Made by a program: the position numbers and the translations under genes. DNA of 64,000 nucleotides from NCBI GenBank assembly GCA_017531985.1, contig JAFXJY010000034.1:1214-65213 (forward strand), read 5' to 3'. The notes beneath the pieces were generated by a model that saw nothing but the letters and a program-made list of their open reading frames with translations, was not told where the DNA came from and did not search any database. The stretch comes from Bacteroidaceae bacterium. Its GTDB lineage: Bacteria; Bacteroidota; Bacteroidia; Bacteroidales; Barnesiellaceae_A. Every line of letters starts with the position of its first letter. Positions within the stretch are counted from its first letter, which is position 1. Shown one piece after another: positions 1-10,261 of this stretch.

Positions 1-165
1 CTCATCACACAGGAATTTTAATATTGTTTCACAACATTGTGATAATTGCTCCATGGCAATATATTCGTCCATTGACGAATTTATTGCCACATTTTCCCGA
101 ATATTTACATCAACTGTTTTCATTTTGCCGCTATATTTAGGATTAAAGCACAATGCAAAATTCAT
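1..165 (-). CDS. partial hypothetical protein running off the window edge
   Basis: Open frame from ATG at 165 or 123 to position 1 (MKTVDVNIRENVAINSSMDEY...); no recognisable motif. Confidence 0.35.
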   Translation of the reverse strand, partial: MNFALCFNPKYSGKMKTVDVNIRENVAINSSMDEYIAMEQLSQCCETILKFLCDE

Positions 166-205
166 AATGTTTGCTTTATATTCCTAATAAAATCGGCAAA
201 AACAT

Positions 206-228
206 GTCCAAACTACCGACATTTGGAC
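206..228. promoter_or_regulatory. inverted repeat, possible regulator binding site
   Basis: GTCCAAA-N9-TTTGGAC between the AraC gene and the next minus-strand ORF. Confidence 0.3.
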
Positions 229-236
229 TAAATTTA

Positions 237-1361
237 TTAAAATACCTGTCTACGTTCCCAATCTTTCAGCCATTGAGCAGGTGTCATACCCACAACTTTT
301 TTAAATACCAAGAAAAAAGTTGAGCGAGAGCGAAATCCGCATTCGGTGTAAATACTATCAATATTATACCCCGATTTTTCGAGCGACATCAGTTTCTGTT
401 TAGCTTCCTCAATGCGTAGCTCATTGATAAACTCAAAGAAATTTTGCTTACGAATTGTATTGATGGATCTCGACAACAGCCGTTGTGAAACTTGCATCTC
501 CTGAGCAAGAATAGCCAACGTAAGGTCGGGACGCAAATACAACTTGCTGGAAGATAAGATGTCCAAGGCTTGATGACATATATTTTTCATTTGCTCATTA
601 TCCTCGACAGATACGACTACCGGTACTTTATCGTTATTTATCTCTTCGGGCTGCGACATGACAGGAATAACCGCGTGTGCAATAGAGTTATATACCAAGT
701 AACACATGGCTATTACGTTAAGAATCTGTATGAGCCATGCATCGGTGCGAGGCCATATTGCATAAGCGACCATCACAATGACAAAGAGTATAGCAAAAAG
801 GGCTTCAAAACGCCATATCCATTCTTTTTGCAACCAATCGGCATCCGATGCTACATTATTTATCAGTTTTTTACTACGATAAATATAGACAAATATAGCC
901 ACAAAATATGCGACCATCTGCACAAAGATAATCATAGTGTTAATATTCCCTATCCACGTATCGTCACCGGTCATTTCATAGCGGATTGAGGCCATTCGCT
1001 CTTCGATAGACATTGACAGCCCTACCAGCAAACAAAACAATGCGGGGAGGCAATGAAGCAAATGTTTCCATTGCAAGCGAAAATCGGGTGCAAAGTTTTT
1101 AAGTGCAAACATCCACAACAGTGGCATCAACAACGTATTGACCGAAAAACTGATAGGCAACATAACAAGCGAAAACTCATGCCAACCCAACATTCGGCTC
1201 ATATTATATAGATAGACCGGAACGTTGGGTAAGACAATAATGAGAGCGGCATAGGCATTTTCTCCGCGAAATCGGGTAGCAAATAACAAAATAAGTGCCA
1301 ATACAATCAATATCACAATACTTGATGAATTGACAGTGAGTATAAACTGTGTATAATCCAT
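237..1361 (-). CDS. membrane-anchored AraC family transcriptional regulator
   Basis: About 7 hydrophobic TM segments, then a C-terminal AraC HTH (YLRPDLTLAILAQEM...CGFRSRSTFFLVFKKVVGMTPAQW). Confidence 0.9.
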   Translation of the reverse strand: MDYTQFILTVNSSSIVILIVLALILLFATRFRGENAYAALIIVLPNVPVYLYNMSRMLGWHEFSLVMLPISFSVNTLLMPLLWMFALKNFAPDFRLQWKHLLHCLPALFCLLVGLSMSIEERMASIRYEMTGDDTWIGNINTMIIFVQMVAYFVAIFVYIYRSKKLINNVASDADWLQKEWIWRFEALFAILFVIVMVAYAIWPRTDAWLIQILNVIAMCYLVYNSIAHAVIPVMSQPEEINNDKVPVVVSVEDNEQMKNICHQALDILSSSKLYLRPDLTLAILAQEMQVSQRLLSRSINTIRKQNFFEFINELRIEEAKQKLMSLEKSGYNIDSIYTECGFRSRSTFFLVFKKVVGMTPAQWLKDWERRQVF

Positions 1362-1571
1362 ATAAATTATTGAGGTCTATATGTTACCCCTCAGAAAATC
1401 ATTTTTCATTCAAGGGTAGTTCAATCTAACATAATTATTATAATATAGGTAAACTTCTATAAGCACCCATCAAGGTTACATTATTTTGCAAAAGTATGTA
1501 ATATATAGTACTTTTACAACTCAATTTTGTCCAGACTTATGCTAAACACTTCTCCTACAATAAGTTAAAAA

Positions 1572-1603
1572 CGCCCCATAGTTCAATGGATAGAATGCCT
1601 GAT
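1572..1603 (+). pseudogene. 5' half of a tRNA (Arg-like D arm), truncated at the anticodon loop
   Basis: CGCCCCA-TA-GTTC-AATGGATA-GAAT-G-CCTGA-T gives the acceptor 5' strand, D arm and anticodon-stem 5' strand; no T arm or 3' acceptor strand follows. Confidence 0.55.
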
Positions 1604-1670
1604 AAATGTGACAGTCGAAAAAGAGGTAAATACTGACATTGCTGTCCATTGACAATGATTGAAGCTGTAT

Positions 1671-1708
1671 AAAAAATGAGGATGCCTCCGTATGTGAAGC
1701 ATCCTCTT
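1671..1708 (-). terminator. intrinsic terminator of ruvX-def-ettA
   Basis: GAGGATGC...GCATCCTC stem followed by a U-tract on the minus strand. Confidence 0.6.
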
Positions 1709-1896
1709 GTATCTTAGAGAGGCTAAGTAGCGTATATCATTGGCTCACAGCATCTCAGAGGTTGTAAGAACTGATAATATACAAGTCAAGTGGTTTAGCA
1801 GGGGAGCAATGTGGTGTACCCGACCAAATCCCAACATCAGCTACAACGAAGAAGATTGTCAATTGCTACACCCAGCCTTGCAGTCTGACATGACTA

Positions 1897-3582
1897 TTAC
1901 TCACCAAACTTGCGATAGCGAACACGTTGGGGTTCTACATCACCCATACGACGGCGTTTGTTTTCTTCGTATTCGCTGTACGAGCCTTCGAAGAAGAACA
2001 CTTCGGAGTTACCCTCAAATGCGAGGATGTGGGTACAGATGCGATCGAGGAACCAACGGTCGTGCGATACGACAACGGCACATCCTGCAAAGTTTTCGAG
2101 ACCCTCTTCAAGGGCTCGCAGGGTGTTGACGTCGATGTCGTTGGTAGGTTCGTCAAGCAGCAGTACGTTGCCCTCTTCTTTGAGTGCCATAGCAAGGTGC
2201 AGGCGGTTACGCTCACCACCCGACAGCACACCTATGAGTTTCTCTTGGTCGGCACCGGTGAAGTTGAAACGCGACAGATAGGCTCGAGCATTCATCTCAC
2301 GTCCACCCATGCGGAAAGTTTCTTGTCCACCCGATATGACTTGATATACACTCTTCTCGGGGTCAATATCTTTGTGTGTCTGGTCGACATAAGCTATCTT
2401 GACAGTCTCACCCACATCGAATGTTCCTTTATCGGCTTGTTCTTGTCCCATGATAAGGCGGAATAGTGTTGTCTTACCGGCACCATTAGGACCTATCACA
2501 CCTACTATACCGTTGGGTGGCAGCATGAAGTTGAGGTTGTCGAAGAGAAGTTTTTCGCCGTAAGCCTTGGCAACTCCTTGTGCTTCGATGACTTTATTGC
2601 CCAATCGAGGTCCATTGGGAATGAATATTTCGAGTTTCTCCTCACGCTCTTTCTGATCTTCGTTGAGCAGTCGGTCGTAAGAGTTAAGACGGGCTTTACC
2701 TTTGGCCTGACGGGCTTTGGGAGCCATACGCACCCATTCAAGCTCACGTTCGAGAGTCTTGCGACGCTTGCTGGCCTGCTTCTCTTCCATGGCGAGACGC
2801 TTGGTTTTCTGGTCGAGCCACGACGTGTAGTTGCCTTGCCAAGGAATACCTTCACCACGGTCGAGTTCGAGTATCCATCCTGCCACATGATCGAGGAAGT
2901 AGCGGTCGTGGGTGATGGCAATAACTGTTCCTTTGTATTGCTGCAAGTGTTGTTCAAGCCAGTCGATACTCTCGGCATCGAGGTGGTTGGTAGGCTCGTC
3001 GAGCAATAGTATGTCGGGTTGTTGCAAGAGCAGACGACAGAGAGCTACACGACGACGCTCACCGCCTGACAGGTATTTGATTTGTTGGTCTTCGGGGGGA
3101 CAACGCAGTGCATCCATGGCACGTTCAAGACGGTTGTCGATGTTCCATGCATCGGTAGCATCTATCTGATCTTGCAATTCGGCTTGGCGATTGATGAGAG
3201 CTTCCATTTTGTCGGGGTCTTCAAGCACCTCAGGGTCGCAGAATGCTTCGTTGACACGCTCATACTCGGCAAGGATGTCGAGAACAGGCTGTACGCCTTC
3301 ACGAACTACCTCTATCACTGTCTTTTCATTGTCGAGCTTGGGTTCTTGTTCGAGATAGCCCACCGAATATCCGGGAGAGAACACGACTTCGCCTTGATAG
3401 GATTTTTCGACACCGGCTATGATTTTCAACAGCGTCGACTTACCCGAACCGTTAAGACCTATGATACCTATCTTGGCTCCGTAGAAGAACGAGAGATAAA
3501 TATCTTTGAGTACTTGCTTGTGCGGTGGAAATATCTTACTTACTCCCACCATCGAAAAAATTACTTTTTTATCGTCTGCCAT
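1897..3582 (-). CDS. ettA: energy-dependent translational throttle ABC-F ATPase EttA
   Basis: Two ABC cassettes (GLNGSGKST, LSGGERRR, GPNGAGKTT, LSGGERNR), no TM segments; EttA-typical WVRMAPKARQAKGKAR linker. Confidence 0.95.
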   Translation of the reverse strand: MADDKKVIFSMVGVSKIFPPHKQVLKDIYLSFFYGAKIGIIGLNGSGKSTLLKIIAGVEKSYQGEVVFSPGYSVGYLEQEPKLDNEKTVIEVVREGVQPVLDILAEYERVNEAFCDPEVLEDPDKMEALINRQAELQDQIDATDAWNIDNRLERAMDALRCPPEDQQIKYLSGGERRRVALCRLLLQQPDILLLDEPTNHLDAESIDWLEQHLQQYKGTVIAITHDRYFLDHVAGWILELDRGEGIPWQGNYTSWLDQKTKRLAMEEKQASKRRKTLERELEWVRMAPKARQAKGKARLNSYDRLLNEDQKEREEKLEIFIPNGPRLGNKVIEAQGVAKAYGEKLLFDNLNFMLPPNGIVGVIGPNGAGKTTLFRLIMGQEQADKGTFDVGETVKIAYVDQTHKDIDPEKSVYQVISGGQETFRMGGREMNARAYLSRFNFTGADQEKLIGVLSGGERNRLHLAMALKEEGNVLLLDEPTNDIDVNTLRALEEGLENFAGCAVVVSHDRWFLDRICTHILAFEGNSEVFFFEGSYSEYEENKRRRMGDVEPQRVRYRKFGE

Positions 3583-3664
3583 ATTATTTTTTGTAATGTT
3601 TTGTTTTCTAACATTGAGCCTATGGCTCTTTACATACTATATATTCTTACGATTACACTTTCCG

Positions 3665-4228
3665 TTACTTGGTACCGGCTGCTTTCACACGATAGCCACA
3701 GTTGACACGTCCCTTAATGATGTTGTTAACCTTGGCTTTGATAAGTTGCTTGCGTATGGGCGATATATGGTCTATGAACACTTTACCTTCGAGGTGGTCG
3801 CACTCATGTTGTACCACTCGTGCCAAGTAACCTTCGATTATCTCGTCATGTTCTTCAAAGTTCTCATCGTACCAGTGCAAATGTATCTTCTCGATGCGTG
3901 TAACCGACTCATGCACTCCGGGGACACTGAGGCAGCCTTCTTCTGTAGTACATTTCTTACCATCTTCCAGCACTTCGAGTGTCGGATTTATAAGGGTCAT
4001 CTTCACGCCTGCCAACTCGGGATATGTATCGCTCAGCACATCGACGTCGATCACAACAACTCTTATCGAACGACCTATCTGTGGTGCTGCCAATCCAATA
4101 CCATCGGTAGCATACATGGTTTCATACATATCGGCAATAAGCTTTGCCAAGTCGGGGTAAGTGGCATCGATAGGCTCGGCCACTTTGCGAATTACGGGAT
4201 GTCCGTAGAGATAAACGGGTAATATCAT
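3665..4228 (-). CDS. def: peptide deformylase
   Basis: [15 protein letters not shown] and HECDHLEG motifs. Confidence 0.97.
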   Translation of the reverse strand: MILPVYLYGHPVIRKVAEPIDATYPDLAKLIADMYETMYATDGIGLAAPQIGRSIRVVVIDVDVLSDTYPELAGVKMTLINPTLEVLEDGKKCTTEEGCLSVPGVHESVTRIEKIHLHWYDENFEEHDEIIEGYLARVVQHECDHLEGKVFIDHISPIRKQLIKAKVNNIIKGRVNCGYRVKAAGTK

Positions 4229-4650
4229 ATTGAATTGTATTTTTTACTTTCGAGATAATCTTGCAATATAATTGTGGCACTTATCTCATCGACCAACTCT
4301 TTGTTACGTCGAGCCATGCGACCGAGACCGGCATCTATCATCGTGCGGTGAGCTATAACCGAGGTAAAACGTTCGTCGTATAGTTCCACTTTCATGTCGG
4401 GGAGTTGCTTGTGCAGCGTATTGACAAAGGCTGTTACATATCGCATGTTTTCGGAGGGTTTATTATTGACCTGCTTGGGCAATCCCACAACAATGCACTC
4501 AACCGGCTCACTCGCTACATAATTGCGAATGAAGTTGAGCAACTCGCCCGAGCCTACCGTTGTAAGCCCATTGGCAATAATCTGCAAAGTATCGGTTACG
4601 GCAATGCCGCAACGCTTGCGTCCATAGTCGATAGCCATTATTCGTGCCAT
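4225..4650 (-). CDS. ruvX: Holliday junction resolvase-like RuvX/YqgF
   Basis: [35 protein letters not shown]. Confidence 0.95.
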   Translation of the reverse strand: MARIMAIDYGRKRCGIAVTDTLQIIANGLTTVGSGELLNFIRNYVASEPVECIVVGLPKQVNNKPSENMRYVTAFVNTLHKQLPDMKVELYDERFTSVIAHRTMIDAGLGRMARRNKELVDEISATIILQDYLESKKYNSI

Positions 4651-4654
4651 GATG

Positions 4655-4662
4655 CAAAGGTA
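4655..4662 (-). promoter_or_regulatory. Bacteroidetes sigmaA -7 box for ruvX
   Basis: TACCTTTG, 4 nt before the ATG. Confidence 0.65.
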
Positions 4663-5019
4663 CTACATTTTACGACGAAAATCAAGAAAAAACGCAAATT
4701 GCCTTATCATAAAGGTAAATATAATGTTGGGAAATGATTATCCTTAATAATCTTCATAATGTAGAATTACAACGTAAAAATTTTAAATAAAGGGGTGATT
4801 GAGGAGTCATGCTGTGCGAAATCGCATATCGTCAAGAGTGGAGGGGACTCTCTTCAATTGGAACTTATCTCAGATAATCTTTTCATAGAATCAATATCGA
4901 GCGAAAGAACAATTTTTTAGTACACTTTTTTTGGTAATTGACATCAAACGGCTTATCTTTGCTGAATGAATGGGTGTGTATGCTCCCAATACATTATATA
5001 GAGTTTAAATTTTACTACG

Positions 5020-5565
5020 ATGGTATACAAGTTTTTAATTATTTCGGACGAAGTTGAAGACTTCAAGCGAGTGATAAGAATTGACTCGGATGCAACATTC
5101 AAGGAATTGCATGATGTGATACTCGACTCGGTAGGTTACACCAAAGACCAGATGACCTCATTCTTCATCTGCGAAGATGATTGGGAGAAACAGACCGAAG
5201 TAACCCTCATGGATATGGGTCTTGAAAGCGACGAGGATATATGGTTGATGGATTCAACTCCGCTGAGCGAGTTGGTTGAGGATGAAGGTCAACGATTGAT
5301 GTTTACATTCGATTATCTGACCGATCGCTCTTTCTTCATGGAACTGAGAGAAATAGAGTTTGGCGAAGACCTTGACCAAGCCGAGTGCATCAAGTCGGTT
5401 GGTGATGCTCCTGCTCAAACCATAGACTTCGAAGAGATAGAAAAGAAAATTGCTGCCCAATCGACATTCGACGATCTTGATGCCGACTTCTACGGCTCGG
5501 ACGAATATGACATATCGGAACTCGATGAAGAGAGTTTCGGCAGCTACGATCCCTCTGAATATTAA
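5020..5565 (+). CDS. pRiA4b ORF-3 / IS1096 passenger TnpR-like protein
   Basis: FKRVIRIDSDATFKELHDVI and RLMFTFDYLTDRSF pattern, acidic tail; TATCTTTG box upstream. Confidence 0.75.
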   Translation: MVYKFLIISDEVEDFKRVIRIDSDATFKELHDVILDSVGYTKDQMTSFFICEDDWEKQTEVTLMDMGLESDEDIWLMDSTPLSELVEDEGQRLMFTFDYLTDRSFFMELREIEFGEDLDQAECIKSVGDAPAQTIDFEEIEKKIAAQSTFDDLDADFYGSDEYDISELDEESFGSYDPSEY

Positions 5566-5598
5566 TACCGCCCTCGGGCAGAAAAACCACACATAACA

Positions 5599-7686
5599 AT
5601 GAACAAAAACTGGATTATGATGGGTATGGCAGGCTTAGCAATGTTGTCGGCTTGTAACTCACAAGAGACTACCCAAGAGAATGTAATAGGGAAACAAGAG
5701 ATTGCCATCGAAAATGGCATAATGACACCCGAAGTAATGATGGCTTTCGGTCGCGTATCGTCACCGACGGTATCGCCCGACGGCACCAAAGTCATGTATA
5801 GCGTACAATATGTCGACTACAAAGCCAATAGAGGTAACAGCGAATTATTTGTTGCCCCTATCGATGGTACTCCCACACAGATTACGCACACCCCCAAGAG
5901 TGAAGGCAATGCTACATGGCTCGATGACAACACCATCGCCTTTACCTACCCCGATGCCAATGGCTTGCCACAAGTGTGGCGTAGCAATGCCGATGGAACC
6001 GGTCGCAAACAACTCTCCAATATGGAACAAGGAGTCGAAGGCTTCCTCTTCTCACCCGACCATTCACAAGTAATCCTTATAGCCACAGTATCACTGCACA
6101 ACAAGGCTGTCGACAAGTATGCCGACCTTCCCCAAGCCACCGGTCGTGTTATCGATGACTTGATGTATAAACACTGGGATGAATGGACCGAAGCCATCCC
6201 CCACCCCTTCATTGCACAATATGATGGCAACAAGATAGTCAATCCTAAGGACATTCTTGAAGGCGAGCCTTACGAAGCTCCCATGCGTCCATTCGGCGGT
6301 GCCGAATCCTTTGCATGGACACCTGACGGCAAGTCTATCATATACACATGCCGGAAAAAGACCGGTATAGAGTATTCTCTCTCAACCAACAGCGACCTAT
6401 ATCGCTACGACCTTACCGAGGGTACTACCGAAAATCTTACCGAAGGCATGATGGGCTACGACACCAACCCTGTCATCTCGCCCGACGGACGTTACATGGC
6501 ATGGACCAGCATGGAACGTGACGGATATGAGAGCGACAAGAATCGACTCTTCGTTCTTGACCTCACCACCGGCGAGAAACGCTATTTGACAGAGCAGTTC
6601 GACTACATTGTCAACACCTTTGCCTGGGACAATGACTCACAGAAAATATATTTCACATCGCCCTACAAGGGTATGGTACATGTATTCGGTATAAGGCTCG
6701 ACAATCTTGATATCGAACAGATTACCGAAGGATACTACGATTACGCAGCCGTATATCCTGCCGCCAACAACAAGTTGGTCACCATGCGTCACTCACTATC
6801 ACAACCCGATGAGATATGCATCGTCGACCTTGCCACTCGCCAAGTCAGTGACCTGTCACGTGAGAACGAGACACTCCTTGCCGAGATAGAAATGGGTCGC
6901 GTAGAAGAACGCTGGATACCCACAACAGACGGCAAAAAGATGCTCGCGTGGGTTGTCTATCCACCCCACTTCGATGCCAACAAGAAATATCCTGCCATTC
7001 TTTATTGCCAAGGAGGTCCTCAAAGTCCCGTTAGCCAGTTCTGGTCGTATCGCTGGAACTTGCAGCTCATCGCAGCACAAGGTTATATCATCGTAGCCCC
7101 CAATCGTCGCGGTCTGCCGGGATTTGGTCAAGAGTGGCTCGAACAGATAAGCAAGGATTATGGTGGCCAGAACATGCGTGACTACTTAGCAGCAGCCGAT
7201 GCTATCAAAGCCGAACCTTATGTTGACAAAATGGGTGCAGTAGGTGCCAGCTATGGAGGATTCTCTGTGTACTGGCTTGCCGGTCATCACGAGAAACGCT
7301 TTGATGCCTTTATCGCACATGCCGGTATCTTCAACCTCGAACAACAATACATGGAGACCGAGGAGATGTGGTTTGCCAACTGGGATATGGGCGGTGCCCC
7401 TTGGGACAAAAATAACGCTATTGCACAACGTACATTTGCCAACTCACCACACCGCTTTGTAGGCCAATGGGATACTCCCATCTTGTGCATCCACGGTGAG
7501 AAAGACTTCCGCATACTCGCTTCACAAGGCATGAGTGCCTTCAATGCTGCCAAACTACGAGGCATTCCCGCCGAATTACTTGTCTTCCCCGATGAAAATC
7601 ACTGGATACTCAAACCCCAAAACGGTCTCTTGTTCCACCGCACATTTATCGGCTGGCTCGACCGTTGGTTGAAACCCGCTGAATAA
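5599..7686 (+). CDS. S9 family peptidase (dipeptidyl-peptidase 5-like lipoprotein)
   Basis: LSAC lipobox, SPDG propeller repeats, GASYGG nucleophile elbow, HGEKDFRI, DENHW. Confidence 0.92.
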   Translation: MNKNWIMMGMAGLAMLSACNSQETTQENVIGKQEIAIENGIMTPEVMMAFGRVSSPTVSPDGTKVMYSVQYVDYKANRGNSELFVAPIDGTPTQITHTPKSEGNATWLDDNTIAFTYPDANGLPQVWRSNADGTGRKQLSNMEQGVEGFLFSPDHSQVILIATVSLHNKAVDKYADLPQATGRVIDDLMYKHWDEWTEAIPHPFIAQYDGNKIVNPKDILEGEPYEAPMRPFGGAESFAWTPDGKSIIYTCRKKTGIEYSLSTNSDLYRYDLTEGTTENLTEGMMGYDTNPVISPDGRYMAWTSMERDGYESDKNRLFVLDLTTGEKRYLTEQFDYIVNTFAWDNDSQKIYFTSPYKGMVHVFGIRLDNLDIEQITEGYYDYAAVYPAANNKLVTMRHSLSQPDEICIVDLATRQVSDLSRENETLLAEIEMGRVEERWIPTTDGKKMLAWVVYPPHFDANKKYPAILYCQGGPQSPVSQFWSYRWNLQLIAAQGYIIVAPNRRGLPGFGQEWLEQISKDYGGQNMRDYLAAADAIKAEPYVDKMGAVGASYGGFSVYWLAGHHEKRFDAFIAHAGIFNLEQQYMETEEMWFANWDMGGAPWDKNNAIAQRTFANSPHRFVGQWDTPILCIHGEKDFRILASQGMSAFNAAKLRGIPAELLVFPDENHWILKPQNGLLFHRTFIGWLDRWLKPAE

Positions 7687-7708
7687 TCAGAACAACAATA
7701 CAAAAAGT

Positions 7709-7740
7709 GAGCGACCGAGCATAAGCACGGTCGCTCTTTT
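7709..7740 (+). terminator. intrinsic terminator
   Basis: GAGCGACCG...CGGTCGCTC followed by TTTT. Confidence 0.75.
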
Positions 7741-7874
7741 ATTATGTTGATTACAAAACAATTACGACAAGAGTAAATATAAATTTAAAAAATTAGCAAA
7801 GAAAATTGCCTAAAAACTTGCACAAGTTGCAAGAGAACTGTATCTTTGCATCGCATTTGGCAAAAAACCCACAA

Positions 7875-7961
7875 GGAAGGATGGGTGAGTGGCTGAAACC
7901 ACCAGTTTGCTAAACTGACGTACTCGTAAGGGTACCGGGGGTTCGAATCCCCCTCCTTCCG
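7875..7961 (+). tRNA. tRNA-Ser(GCT)
   Basis: GGAAGGA/TCCTTCC acceptor stem, TT-GCT-AA loop, long variable arm, GGGGG-TTCGAAT-CCCCC T arm; TATCTTTG box at 7841 and a hairpin at 7966-7991. Confidence 0.97.
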
Positions 7962-8048
7962 CAAGACGCTATCATCGCAAGGTGGTAGCGTTCTTTGTTT
8001 TTACACAATATTTTTCTACATTTGCAGTCAATAAGTAACATTATCAAG

Positions 8049-9080
8049 ATGAAGAAAATACACATTATACTTATAGCGATGGCAACACTTGCTGTCGCAG
8101 GGTTGGGAATAAGCGGTTATTTATACAAAAAATACATCAAAGACCCCATATCCGATACCGGAACAACCATCAAAGTATACATTACACCGGGCATGAGCAG
8201 CGACTCACTCTGCAATGTACTTGCCCAACAAATACCCCCAACGAAGGCACAGGAGATTGTTAAGCTAATGTATCGAGGCGAATATAACCCCGACAATCGC
8301 AAAGGTTACTTTGAGTTGAATGGCTCAACATCAATATATCGAGCATCACGTCGCCTCGCTGCCGGCAGCCAGACCCCCATCAAGTTTACGTTCAACAATT
8401 TTCGCCTACTGAGTCAATTGGTCGAACGAGCCGATGAGTGCTTATATCTAAGTGCCGATTCGCTAAACTTCCTCCTCAACGATGAGACAATATGCAATGC
8501 TTACGGCTTCAACAGCACCACAATAGCAGCCATGTTCCTGCCCGACTCGTACGAATTTTATTGGACAGTATCACCTCAACGATTTGTTGAACGCATGTAC
8601 GAATACTACACACAATTCTGGAACGAAAGCAGGAGAAAAAAAGCTGAAAAAGCAGGACTTACACCCGTCGAAGTATCGATATTGGCTTCGATTGTTGAAG
8701 AAGAGACTGCCAAGGTCGATGAGATGCCCATTGTGGCAGGTCTGTATATCAACCGTTTACGTCGCAACATACCTCTTCAAGCCGATCCCACTATCAAGTT
8801 TGCCGTAGGCAATTTTGCACTTCGTCGCATTCTTAACAAGCACCTCAACACACCATCTCCCTACAACACATACATCAACACAGGACTTCCACCGGGCCCC
8901 ATTCGCATCCCCTCCAAAACGGCTATTGATGCAGTACTCAATTATAAATCGCACAACTATCTGTATATGTGTGCCAAAGAAGATTTTTCAGGATACCACA
9001 ACTTTGCAACCACGTTGAGTGAGCATAATCGCAATGCACAACGCTATCACACAGCACTCAATCGTCGCGGCATCAAATAA
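8049..9080 (+). CDS. mltG: endolytic transglycosylase MltG
   Basis: N-terminal TM, LASIVEEET, LQADPT, SPYNTY, GLPPGPI; start moved to ATG 8049, downstream of a TACATTTG box. Confidence 0.95.
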   Translation: MKKIHIILIAMATLAVAGLGISGYLYKKYIKDPISDTGTTIKVYITPGMSSDSLCNVLAQQIPPTKAQEIVKLMYRGEYNPDNRKGYFELNGSTSIYRASRRLAAGSQTPIKFTFNNFRLLSQLVERADECLYLSADSLNFLLNDETICNAYGFNSTTIAAMFLPDSYEFYWTVSPQRFVERMYEYYTQFWNESRRKKAEKAGLTPVEVSILASIVEEETAKVDEMPIVAGLYINRLRRNIPLQADPTIKFAVGNFALRRILNKHLNTPSPYNTYINTGLPPGPIRIPSKTAIDAVLNYKSHNYLYMCAKEDFSGYHNFATTLSEHNRNAQRYHTALNRRGIK

Positions 9081-9146
9081 CAGCACTCACTTAGGAAAGT
9101 CCCAACGAGTAAGACATAACATCATTAATAGATTAATTATAGAGGC

Positions 9147-9358
9147 GAAAAGGCCGCATCATCACGATGCAGCCTTTTCCGTATCAAAAACAAGAAAGAG
9201 GAATCTTATCATTTTCCTCACAAGGAAAAGATAAGGACAATAATACCAATGAAACACACAAAAAACAAGAATATCATTATTGCATTGTAGTGCCTTATCA
9301 CTAATGACAGCCTCCACCATGACTTCATCACCATGTTGCCGGCATCGGCTGTTCGATA
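9147..9358 (-). ncRNA. candidate small RNA (~210 nt)
   Basis: Own minus-strand terminator (9147-9179), separate from the efp terminator; two internal hairpins; ECF-like promoter motif at 9361-9386. Confidence 0.45.
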
Positions 9359-9515
9359 ATATAACAAAGGAGAAATGAAATTGTTTGCTCGCTCGGGTAT
9401 TTAACCTGAAAGTCTGAAAACGATTGTCCGAAATTCGACTTAGACATTACCCCCTATCTTATCGACTGATCCAACAATCCCAATAAACAATCAGCCGAAA
9501 TCGGGATAAAAACAT

Positions 9516-9551
9516 AAAAAAGATAGACTGCTCCTTGCGGAACAGCCTATC
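9516..9551 (-). terminator. efp terminator
   Basis: GATAGGCTGTTCC-GCAA-GGAGCAGTCTATC plus U-tract on the minus strand. Confidence 0.8.
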
Positions 9552-9575
9552 GCTATGAGTTAAATAAAGTCGGTA

Positions 9576-10139
9576 TTATTTTACACGCTCAATGTAATCG
9601 CCTGTACGAGTATCAATGCGAACCTTGTCACCAGTATTGATGAAGAGGGGAACACGCACCTCAGCACCAGTTTCAACAGTAGCAGGCTTCAATGTGTTGG
9701 TAGCAGTATCACCCTTGATACCGGGCTCGGTATAGGTAATTTCAAGCACTACGTTGAGGGGCATCTCGCAAGTGAGAATAGTGTCGGTGGCTGCGTGAAC
9801 CATGGCTTCGCAGATGTCACCTTCTTTCAAGAATTTAACACCATCAATGCTCTCACCGGGGATTGATACTTGCTCGTAAGTCTCGGTATGCATGAAGTTA
9901 TAACCCATGTCATCCTTGTAGAGGTATTGATAAGGACGACGCTCGATGCGTACTTCCTCAACTTTCACACCCGAGTTCCATGTTTTGTCAAGGATACGAC
10001 CGGTTACAACGTTACGAAGTTTAGTACGGACGAAAGCCGGACCTTTTCCCGGTTTAACGTGAAGAAACTCAACAATGAAATAATAAGTACCATCGATATC
10101 GAGGCACATACCATTTTTAAAATCAGCTGTTGTTGCCAT
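9576..10139 (-). CDS. efp: elongation factor P
   Basis: [14 protein letters not shown] and PGIKGDTA motifs. Confidence 0.98.
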   Translation of the reverse strand: MATTADFKNGMCLDIDGTYYFIVEFLHVKPGKGPAFVRTKLRNVVTGRILDKTWNSGVKVEEVRIERRPYQYLYKDDMGYNFMHTETYEQVSIPGESIDGVKFLKEGDICEAMVHAATDTILTCEMPLNVVLEITYTEPGIKGDTATNTLKPATVETGAEVRVPLFINTGDKVRIDTRTGDYIERVK

Positions 10140-10261
10140 ATATTCTATATTTTATAATTAAAATTTCCTATTATCCAAAAGCCTCGCAAAGGTACATATT
10201 TTTACCATATTTTGCAATAGAGACAATGATAAAGCACACAAAAAGATTGATATAAACATTT

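Noticed and set aside
1604-1896. Group I intron interrupting the tRNA fragment
   Set aside because: No 3' exon (TCAGG, TTCGA T loop, TGGGGCG) follows, and no recognisable intron core
4790-4862. GC-richer weak stem in the ruvX divergent spacer
   Set aside because: Pairing is imperfect and there is no promoter or terminator support
5020-5565. Mobile element implied by the IS1096/pRiA4b family name
   Set aside because: No transposase or inverted repeats; ordinary chromosomal context
9249-9290. 13-codon plus-strand ORF MKHTKNKNIIIAL
   Set aside because: No plus-strand promoter; better explained as the antisense of the candidate sRNA's U-rich tract
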